Of a stretch of 9,491 nucleotides of DNA, positions 1 to 7,089 are shown in pieces (position 1 is the first letter of the stretch; every line of letters begins with the position of its first letter). The notes below the pieces were generated by a model. The model saw nothing but the letters and a program-made list of their open reading frames with translations, searched no databases and was not told where the DNA came from. The position numbers and the translations under genes are program-made. Where the stretch lies: IMG/VR virus record IMGVR_UViG_2619619129_000006; one strand, given 5' to 3'. The stretch comes from a virus (taxonomy: Duplodnaviria; Heunggongvirae; Uroviricota; Caudoviricetes).

Positions 1-735
<735 letters not shown>

Positions 736-737
736 CT

Positions 738-1070
738 ATGTCTGTCACAATTCAGGGAAATACCTCAACCGTTATTTCAAACAACTCCGCCCCGGAAGGA
801 ACATCAGAAATAGCCAAAATCACAAGACAAATTCAGGTGCTGACTGAAAAGCTTGGGAAAATCTCATCGGAAGAGGGGATGACGACACAGCAGAAAAAAG
901 AAATGGCTGCATTGGTACAGAAGCAAATTGAAAGCCTCAGGGCTCAACTGGAGCAGTTGTTAAGGCAGCAGGCAGAGAAAAAGAATAAAGACGCGACAGT
1001 TCAGCCTGATAAAAAAGAAGAGAAAAAAGACGATACAAATACCGCTGGCACCATTGATATTTACGTCTAA
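738..1070 (+). CDS. flxA: FlxA (Qin-prophage protein, FliA-regulated in K-12; function unknown), 110 aa
   Basis: ATG 738 to TAA 1068-1070; translation MSVTIQGNTSTVISNNSAPEGTSEIAKITRQIQVLTEK...TAGTIDIYV, 110 aa, matching my memory of FlxA sequence and length. The track ORF 666-1070 is the same frame read through from inside IS5. Confidence 0.85.
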   Translation: MSVTIQGNTSTVISNNSAPEGTSEIAKITRQIQVLTEKLGKISSEEGMTTQQKKEMAALVQKQIESLRAQLEQLLRQQAEKKNKDATVQPDKKEEKKDDTNTAGTIDIYV

Positions 1071-1084
1071 GTGACAGCCGTATT

Positions 1085-1107
1085 GTGGCCCTCATCGGGC
1101 CACTTTT
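1085..1107 (+). terminator. Rho-independent terminator downstream of flxA
   Basis: GTGGCCC (1085-1091) / loop TCATC / GGGCCAC (1097-1103) followed by TTTT (1104-1107), 15 nt after the flxA stop. Confidence 0.6.
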
Positions 1108-1299
1108 CGCCATCAGACTTTTCTTTAAAGACATATTATCTTTGTATCATTTCTGATAGTTAACATTACAAGATATAAGTAATGGACGCACTCCCAATTA
1201 GTCTATTTAAATCGCCACGAGTTTAACTGACAACCCATGATCAATTATGAATTGCAACTATTTCTGTAGTCACTTTTGTGGGGACAGTCCACAAAACTG

Positions 1300-2950
1300 C
1301 CAACTTCCGCTTCTTGCTCTTAGCGGACATTAGCATAGGCTATTTACCATAACGCCTCATTACGCGCACCGCCCAGACTGACTCAGCGCGTTTCTGGCAT
1401 ATCCCCGGTAAAACAAGTAACAAACCACCCGAAAATGAACACCAGAAACGCGACTTAAGAATCTACCCTATGAATGGATATGCACTCAACCGAATCGATC
1501 TTGGTTTCAATCTTTTTTATCGGGATCAGGCTTCTTTTTAGGTAACTTCGGGGGCTTAACTTGCTGATGACTTTGCGTTCGGCGCGTAAGCCAGGGATGG
1601 TCAGCTTTAGGTTTAACATAGTATTTTGAGCGTAAATCAATACGGGCATTATCCACTCGTTCATGGACACTCTTTTCATCATCCAGTGGTATAGGCTCCG
1701 GGCCATCAACATACTTTTCCCAGCCCAGCGCTTTCCCGTCATACAGAACGTTAATTTCACCGTCAAAGTTCTCGCATACAGTAACAACCGAATGCCTAAG
1801 TCGATATCCCCGGCCCTCACTGCGTACCTGAAACGCACTGCTTTTGTACTGGAAAGTGAGATTTTTAGACAGAACGCGCTTCGCCTGTAGGCTGAAGATA
1901 TAACCCAGTTCCTCTTCAGAATGGTGCACATCAAGATGAGCATTATCAGTAGTACGAGGCGACGTAGCGAACCGGTTGTTATAGGCTTCAATAAAGGTCG
2001 GCAACCATGCATTTGCTGTTTCAATATCACTGATATTCTGAAGCCGCATTTCTTTGACCAGCCTGTCCTGTAGTGTCTGATTGGCGCGCTCTACCCGCCC
2101 TTTTGCCTGCGGGCTGTTGGCATGGATTGGCTCGATGCCCAGTGTCTTTATCGCACGAGTGAACTGGGTCAGCTCACCTTCCCGCTCTGGGTTATTTACC
2201 CTGAATATACTGTGTCTATCAGAGTAGAGAGCGAGCGGTACGCCATGATCATTAAGGTAACCCCGGAGGGTTTCCATGTAAGCCCGGGTTGTTTCAGCAG
2301 GCACAAAACGCAACGCCATCAACGCACTGGTGGCATCATCAATGAAAACGATCAGTGTACATCTGGGGCCTCGATTTTCAAACCAGTCATGAGGTGAGCC
2401 ATCAATCTGGATCAGTTCACCGTAAGATGGTCGTCGCATGCGGCGTTGATATATACGGGCAATTTTACGACGGCGTTCACGCCATACCCCCCTCTTCTAT
2501 CATCCACTTTCTGAGAGTTTCAACGGATAAAGATAAACCGTGTATCTCGCGCAATTTTTCGCACGCAAACGTAGGTCCAAAATCAGCGTAACGGCCTTTG
2601 AGGAGTGAAATTACTGTTGCTCTGAATTCAGTAGAAAAGGAATTATTAGGACGCTTTCCACGTCGGTGGGAAACCAGACCAGAAGGCCCTTCATTTCTAT
2701 ACCGTTGCACCAGACGTTTAACCTGCCGAATAGAAATGCCAATGCGTGCCGCAGCTTGTTCCTGAGTAATATGTCGATTAATTGACTCCTGAATAATCTG
2801 AAGTCGGTGGAGTTCCTTATGACTCATCGTAACAGTTTCTTTGGTCATGAAAAATCCCCCAGAGAATTGTCTGGGGACATTTTAGAATGGTTCAAAGGGG
2901 ACATTACAGCTTGGTGTTAACAATAGCCTGCTTCTCCTTGCCTTTCGGCA
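1300..2950 (-). mobile_element. Insertion-sequence-like unit around the frameshifted DDE transposase; ends NOT determined
   Basis: A transposase gene flanked by non-coding DNA between flxA and the prophage early genes. I could not identify convincing terminal inverted repeats or a target-site duplication by eye; the coordinates are only a bracket. Confidence 0.35.
1507..2848 (-). pseudogene. IS481/ISNCY-like DDE transposase (N-terminal HTH + integrase-core domain), split by a frameshift in a G6 homopolymer
   Basis: Track ORFs 2477-2848 (123 aa, HTH-like: ...AARIGISIRQVKRLVQRY...) and 1507-2439 (310 aa, integrase core: IQIDGS...VFIDDAT...YSDRHSIF...SPQAKGRVER) are on the same strand in different frames. 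Hand translation shows the second frame is open back to a TAG at 2497-2499, just upstream of the run CCCCCC at 2487-2492 (+ coords). Removing one G would fuse them into one ~446-aa protein (...WMIEEGVWRERRRKIARIYQRRMRRPSYGELIQIDG...). Family assignment is by motif pattern only. Confidence 0.7.
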
Positions 2951-3182
2951 CGTAAGAGGCTAACCTACATGTGTCTGGCATGAAATTGGCCTCAGATTAA
3001 TGTTAAGCGTCTTGCAGGACGCGTAATGTTAACTGGGGCTTTTCTCTACCTGCCGTTGGTGTTCGTGCCCGAGGCAGATAGCCTCAAGCACCCGCAGTCA
3101 TTCTACTTAACTAAGATTTCCCCGCAAACCGTTTTTGTCCAGCACAGTAAATATCCAACTAAACCAATGGAGTTCGCTGTAT

Positions 3183-3362
3183 TTACCGCCAGTATTCAAT
3201 GCACATGACCGCCATGAACACCCCTAAAAAAAGGGCATTTATATATCCAAATATTAATATCAAAACATCAACTTTTTCCATATACCTTGCTGTGAAGATG
3301 ATGGGCATACATGATGCGAACAACCAGAACGCAACAAACAAAAACTGCAATGCGTTTTTCAT
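3183..3362 (-). CDS. Candidate small membrane protein (59 aa, two predicted hydrophobic helices), function unknown
   Basis: ATG at 3362-3360 preceded by GGAGGA (+ coords 3366-3371 as TCCTCC) with a 3-4 nt spacer; translation MKNALQFLFVAFWLFASCMPIIFTARYMEKVDVLILIFGYINALFLGVFMAVMCIEYWR. The track ORF 3183-3401 is the same frame from an upstream GTG. Lies in AT-rich DNA, where hydrophobic ORFs can arise by chance. Confidence 0.35.
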   Translation of the reverse strand: MKNALQFLFVAFWLFASCMPIIFTARYMEKVDVLILIFGYINALFLGVFMAVMCIEYWR

Positions 3363-3616
3363 TATTCCTCCTACAATCAATGTGCAATTACATTTAAACA
3401 CACCTCAATTTGGCCGGACATATAAATATCTAAACCAGAAAAAATCACTTACATAGCGTTACAAACTCTTTAGTCTAAAGGTTCATCGTAAAACATTCCC
3501 CATACTTATCAGTCCGTTCCGCGCCAGGTAGCTCATTGCCTTATCTGGCAACCTGTAATCAGGTTTCCGCTTTTTCAGTTGGCTGGTCGTTTAACCGACA
3601 TAGTTAACCCATTAAT

Positions 3617-3904
3617 CTAGTTGCCGGATGTTGGTGGATTTTCGCGTTTTAGTTGTTCATAAAAGTGCACAGCTTTAACCAATTCTTCTGATGTAACCGG
3701 GACTGGTGAGGCAGTGAATAAGGCCTGAATTTGATAGTTCGGCCTGTCGTTACAATCCTCTTTTTTCGGTACATATTTCCAGTCACCAGACCACTACTTC
3801 CCCTGAAAGTCCGTAACGCCTTTTTTCACGTAGCGATATCGCCATGTCACTGGTTTTGCTTCCCCCGCCGTTTCATGCCCTTCCTGATAATTAATCTCGC
3901 TCAT
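3617..3904 (-). pseudogene. Short nin-like ORF interrupted by an in-frame TAG (36 codons, TAG, 58 further open codons)
   Basis: ATG 3904-3902 overlaps the upstream frame's TGA (ATGA). MSEINYQEGHETAGEAKPVTWRYRYVKKGVTDFQGK, TAG at 3796-3794, then the same frame continues WSGDWKYVPKKEDCNDRPNYQIQALFTASPVPVTSEELVKAVHFYEQLKRENPPTSGN to TAG 3619-3617. Confidence 0.3.
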
Positions 3905-4092
3905 TCATCGCCCCACTCATCACAATATGCTTCGACCGGAGTTTTTCCCGCTTCATAGTCATCACGCTAGGATTCGACATCAGCAGCACTTCCACCGCGT
4001 AACTCACCATAGTCCATTAATAGTTCATCCCGCTCTTCAAAACTGATGTTATATTTAGCTGAACAAAAATCAGCCACTTTGTTCTTCCTCAT
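3901..4092 (-). pseudogene. Short nin-like ORF interrupted by an in-frame TAG (41 codons, TAG, 21 further open codons)
   Basis: ATG 4092-4090: MRKNKVADFCSAKYNISFEERDELLMDYGELRGGSAADVES, TAG at 3969-3967, then the same frame continues RDDYEAGKTPVEAYCDEWGDE to TGA 3903-3901, which overlaps the next ORF's ATG. Confidence 0.3.
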
Positions 4093-4141
4093 CGTCTTTT
4101 ATTTCGTGGTATGAGTAATTGCAGTAGTTAAAGAAAATTTC

Positions 4142-4252
4142 TTATGCTCCGTCATGAATTTCATCAGGTGTTGCGTCATCGTCCACTTCGAATACATCCT
4201 CAAAATCTCCACCAGCTATTCCCGTTTCAATAATAATTTTGAACTTTCGCAT
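4142..4252 (-). CDS. Hypothetical small acidic protein (36 aa)
   Basis: ATG 4252-4250 to TAA 4144-4142: MRKFKIIIETGIAGGDFEDVFEVDDDATPDEIHDGA. An AGGAGG lies 23 nt upstream, separated from the ATG by a GNRA-loop hairpin. Too short to call confidently. Confidence 0.3.
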   Translation of the reverse strand: MRKFKIIIETGIAGGDFEDVFEVDDDATPDEIHDGA

Positions 4253-4514
4253 TTCACTACCGCCCTTTCGGGCGGCCTCCTGATGTTCTGAGGGTGCAGA
4301 AATCCATCCGGTTAAGGATTAAGTTTTATTTACAGAACTGAATTTAATTATTCAGATATACGTATCTGTAACCTTACGAATCTACTCACTGGATGCCTCT
4401 TTCATAAAAATAATCCAGTGGGTTTTATCGTTTTTTCCCTGTTCGTTGACAGATAACAGGCTTTCTATCTGTCAGTGCCAGAATCTGGCTTACCGGTATT
4501 TGCGTTTCATTCCA

Positions 4515-4871
4515 TTAAAAAATCAGAACGCCGTGCGGCCTCAACACCCGAAAAGCTTCTTTAAATCTCTGTCGCAAATCATCACGCCAGGCATCTTTAT
4601 TCAGCCGTCCATATTTCTTTCCCATCCAGGCGTTATCACCAACACGCTCAAGATGCGGAGGGTCTAATACAACCATCGAAAAAGATGCGTCTGCAAATGA
4701 TAATGCACGAAAATCTGCGATAATGTCAGGGCTGATAATCAAGCGTCTCCCATTGCGTAATGTGTATCCTTCTTTTCTGATATCGCTAAATATCGCCCGT
4801 TCGTCAGACTTATCGAACCAGAACATGCGGCTGCCACAGCACACATCAAGAATGGTTGCCGGTGCACTCAC
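4515..4871 (-). CDS. SAM-dependent methyltransferase-like protein (motif I-like DVCCGSR, motif IV-like DPPH), probably C-terminally truncated
   Basis: Track ORF, 118 aa; GTG start 4871-4869 overlaps the upstream gene's TGA (GTGA). After the TAA at 4517-4515 the same frame stays open for 29 more codons (WNETQIPVSQILALTDRKPVICQRTGKKR), suggesting a nonsense mutation. Gene order O-like / ~140 aa / methyltransferase resembles what I recall of yfdO-yfdN-yfdM in K-12 prophage CPS-53 (unverified). Confidence 0.55.
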   Translation of the reverse strand: MSAPATILDVCCGSRMFWFDKSDERAIFSDIRKEGYTLRNGRRLIISPDIIADFRALSFADASFSMVVLDPPHLERVGDNAWMGKKYGRLNKDAWRDDLRQRFKEAFRVLRPHGVLIF

Positions 4872-5290
4872 TGCGCCACGTCCTGAAAATTACCCTGATA
4901 GAAAGCCAGTATGCGCTGCATAACTTCGCTCTTCCGGCACTCGCGACAGATTATGTTTAGGCGACTGTCGTAGCGACGTATTTCTCCGTCAGGTGATGAC
5001 CAGATAAGGTCCGGATCAACCACAGCAGGTTTCTTCACCTTTGCCCTCGAGAGTTTTTTGCGGGCGTTTTGCCAGTCCTTACGCGCCTGTTCAGAGGGGA
5101 ATAACCCGTAGCCGGAGTTGTATACATCGCCACTGGCTACCAGCTCTCTGGCAAGAACGCTCATCAGATATCTAGTCGCACCTGTTTTAGCTTCCAGTTG
5201 CCGTAACGTCTCACGGCCGCTCTGGTGCACGAGTTCCACCACCTGCCATTTAATTTTTTCCCGCTCTTCTTGTGTAAAAACTTTTGCCAC
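4868..5290 (-). CDS. Prophage hypothetical protein (140 aa), possible winged-helix region
   Basis: Track ORF with GTG start 5290-5288; MAKVFTQEEREKIKWQVVELVHQSGRETLRQLEAKTGATRYLMSVLARELVASG...; stop overlaps the next gene's start. Confidence 0.55.
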   Translation of the reverse strand: MAKVFTQEEREKIKWQVVELVHQSGRETLRQLEAKTGATRYLMSVLARELVASGDVYNSGYGLFPSEQARKDWQNARKKLSRAKVKKPAVVDPDLIWSSPDGEIRRYDSRLNIICRECRKSEVMQRILAFYQGNFQDVAQ

Positions 5291-5330
5291 AAGTCCCCCT
5301 TAAAATTACCTCATGACCTGAAATCAACAC

Positions 5331-6296
5331 TTATCCTCTGAAACCAGGCGGAATTTCTGTATCCGGTTCAGAAATATGATTAACACAACGCTGTACAGGT
5401 GAACGTCCCAGGCGGATGACCAGTTCGTCCCATTTTTCGCGGAGCTTTGACGGGCTCATGATGTTTTTTACCCAGAATGGATCTCGCTGAACCCGACCAA
5501 ACATTTCGCAAATTTGTCTGTGGCTTCTGCCATCCAGCATCCGCATTGTGCGCACGTCATTGGCCCAGGCAGTCCAGTTAGGCTCTTTTGGTCGCATGAT
5601 CTCGCCATCATCACTGGCTGCCTGTTCGTAGAGACCCACGATCCGCCCCCAGATCCACTGCGCACACGCCAAATCCTCCCTGCTACCCCACTGGCGTTTT
5701 TTCGCACTAAACACAACCGCGTCGGAGTTCCGGGTTAAAAAATCCTGTTCAGTCGTCTGCGGGTCCGGTTGCGAAGCTTCCGGACGAAAAGTGTTTTTAT
5801 TCTCTGTAGTAATCTCTGTTGTATTCTCTGTAAGATCATCAGGCCATTTTGACCCGATGACATTGGGTCGTTTTGAATCAATGGAGCGTTTCATTTTGAC
5901 CTCTTCCATCGTGTCATTTTGACCTGATGGAGCGGCGCATTTTGAACCGATGGATTCGCTCAATTTGCCACCATCTAAAAGCTCGCTCCCATAGTTGATC
6001 GTGTAGAAATTGGTCATATCGCGCTTTGATTTATTGAGCTTTTCACAACGCAAAAGCCCCAGCGTTTTCAGACTTGCAAACGCGCGCTTTAACGTTGACT
6101 CTGACCAGAATGGGAACTGTTCCAGCCATTGTTCCGTTGTGTTATAAATCCAGCGAACACCATCACATTCCATGCCGGAGTTGGTATCTCTCAACCAGTA
6201 GTGCAGTTGTTGCAAAACAATGGCTTCGTTTAAGCCAATTTTCATTGCCAGCTGCGTGTTTATAACCAGTGGGCGTTCAGCAAAAAGAAGGCTCAT
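5331..6296 (-). CDS. Phage replication initiator, O-like (N-terminal HTH replisome-organiser domain, repeat-containing linker, conserved phage C-terminal domain)
   Basis: Track ORF 5331-6350 begins at a TTG; the first ATG is at 6296-6294 (MSLLFAERPLVINTQLAMKIGLNEAIVLQQLHYWL...), giving 321 aa. The linker-coding DNA carries the iteron array listed below, as in lambda O. Confidence 0.75.
   Translation of the reverse strand: MSLLFAERPLVINTQLAMKIGLNEAIVLQQLHYWLRDTNSGMECDGVRWIYNTTEQWLEQFPFWSESTLKRAFASLKTLGLLRCEKLNKSKRDMTNFYTINYGSELLDGGKLSESIGSKCAAPSGQNDTMEEVKMKRSIDSKRPNVIGSKWPDDLTENTTEITTENKNTFRPEASQPDPQTTEQDFLTRNSDAVVFSAKKRQWGSREDLACAQWIWGRIVGLYEQAASDDGEIMRPKEPNWTAWANDVRTMRMLDGRSHRQICEMFGRVQRDPFWVKNIMSPSKLREKWDELVIRLGRSPVQRCVNHISEPDTEIPPGFRG
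5790..5976. repeat. Putative phage replication origin: six ~23-bp phased iterons plus three tandem 12-13 bp repeats, inside the O-like gene
   Basis: Direct repeats of consensus CATTTTGACCNGATGG starting at 5845, 5869, 5892, 5915, 5938, 5961; adjacent tandem units containing TCTCTGT at 5801-5807, 5814-5820, 5826-5832. Confidence 0.65.
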
Positions 6297-6798
6297 AATT
6301 CCATCCAGCTTTTTGTTGGTATTGCTGTCGATACGCAAGCTTGAAAGCAATTGCTTTTTCTATAAGTTCGTCAGTTTCACGATCCACTACGGCAGGATCA
6401 GCAAAAAGCAGTCCGGACTCCACCACATCGCCATATTCTTTGTTTAACCCGGCGATCATGCACGTGATGCTTTTTCCGTCAGTAATTTCACGATACAACC
6501 TGAAATCACTAATCCGGATAGCCTCCATAATCGCAGGCACTAGCGCCGTGAACTTTTCACGCTTATCCCTGGTGTCGATAGCCTTCCAGCGTTCGAATAT
6601 CTTCACTCGATTAACACCAAGCGCTCGCTGATCAACCGCGCCACCTTCATCTGTGACACGCTGAACATCGATGTTCGGGCGCTCTTTCAAAGCCCAGAAT
6701 GCTTCAGTGATTAATATCGTCGCCTGCTCCTGTGTCATTCCTGGTCGACATATCCAGGCATCCAGAGCCTCACGAGCCTGTTCAGGAGTGATTTTCAT
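6277..6798 (-). CDS. Hypothetical protein at the cII position between the cro-like gene and the O-like gene (173 aa)
   Basis: Track ORF; ATG 6798-6796 preceded by a G-rich SD-like stretch; overlaps dicC by 17 nt and the O-like start by 20 nt. MKITPEQAREALDAWICRPGMTQEQATILITEAFWALKERPNIDVQRV... I suspect it is the intact form of the K-12 ydfX pseudogene but cannot confirm. Confidence 0.55.
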   Translation of the reverse strand: MKITPEQAREALDAWICRPGMTQEQATILITEAFWALKERPNIDVQRVTDEGGAVDQRALGVNRVKIFERWKAIDTRDKREKFTALVPAIMEAIRISDFRLYREITDGKSITCMIAGLNKEYGDVVESGLLFADPAVVDRETDELIEKAIAFKLAYRQQYQQKAGWNYEPSFC

Positions 6799-7009
6799 TG
6801 TTCAACCGCCCCGCCCGCTTCGTCTTACGATATTCATCATAAACTTTGGGATCATACTGAAGCTCCCCGCCAGATGCCTCCTGTAGACGCATCGCGCGAC
6901 CTTCAGGAACCAGTATCCCCCAAGCAGCAACACTTGCCAGCCTCACTCCTGCGGCATTGGCAAGCTTTGTTTTGCTGCCAAAAAAAGTAATTGCGTCAAC
7001 TTTAAGCAT
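6782..7009 (-). CDS. dicC: DicC, Cro-like repressor
   Basis: ATG at 7009-7007 (track ORF starts 3 nt upstream at a TTG); MLKVDAITFFGSKTKLANAAGVRLASVAAWGILVPEGRAMRLQEASGGELQYDPKVYDEYRKTKRAGRLNNENHS; ~76 aa, divergent from dicA, as in the K-12 Qin prophage. Confidence 0.85.
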   Translation of the reverse strand: MLKVDAITFFGSKTKLANAAGVRLASVAAWGILVPEGRAMRLQEASGGELQYDPKVYDEYRKTKRAGRLNNENHS

Positions 7010-7021
7010 CAAATCCCCCTC

Positions 7022-7041
7022 TTGTTAGACTTTTCTAACAT
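7022..7041. promoter_or_regulatory. Palindromic operator TTGTTAGA-cttt-TCTAACAt in the dicC/dicA intergenic region (putative DicA site)
   Basis: 8-bp arms with a 4-bp spacer; nearly identical to the palindrome at 7533-7552; lies just downstream of the predicted dicC promoter -10. Confidence 0.55.
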
Positions 7042-7067
7042 TATTGTGCGCGGGATACCTAAGTCAA
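7040..7067 (-). promoter_or_regulatory. Candidate sigma70 promoter for dicC (-35 TTGACT, 16-bp spacer, -10 AATAAT on the - strand)
   Basis: + strand AGTCAA at 7062-7067 and ATTATT at 7040-7045. Confidence 0.45.
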
Positions 7068-7089
7068 GAAAAATTAGAATTACCTAACT

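Noticed and set aside
1455-2030. Track ORF of 191 aa on the - strand
   Set aside because: Alternative frame fully inside the DDE transposase coding region; no independent signals.
1393-2981. 8-bp direct repeat TCTGGCAT (1393-1400 and 2974-2981) as a possible target-site duplication of the IS-like unit
   Set aside because: An 8-mer shared between two ~120-bp windows is expected by chance at appreciable frequency, and no inverted repeats adjoin it.
3026-3456. Track ORFs 3026-3208 (+) and 3199-3456 (+)
   Set aside because: Low-complexity translations in AT-rich DNA, antisense to the candidate membrane ORF; 3026-3208 has a possible AGGA upstream but nothing else supports it.
3731-3958. Track ORF of 75 aa (+)
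   Set aside because: Antisense to the stop-interrupted nin-like ORFs; proline/phenylalanine-rich translation typical of a wrong frame.
4260-4275. GC hairpin CCGCCC-TTTC-GGGCGG as an intrinsic terminator
   Set aside because: No U-tract follows on either strand; better explained as part of the SD-hairpin-AUG structure.
4446-4923. Track ORFs 4446-4667 (+) and 4723-4923 (+)
   Set aside because: Antisense to the methyltransferase-like and 140-aa genes; no start signals.
6344-6357. Perfect 14-bp palindrome AAAGCAATTGCTTT followed by TTT
   Set aside because: A perfect palindrome of this length is expected about once by chance in a window this size; it lies inside overlapping coding sequence with a weak AT stem; not convincing as a terminator or operator.
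5118-6886. Track ORFs 5118-5303, 5514-5738, 6074-6265, 6220-6447, 6341-6631, 6671-6886 (+) and 5468-5716 (-)
   Set aside because: All overlap the - strand genes (140-aa, O-like, cII-position, dicC) in other frames or antisense.
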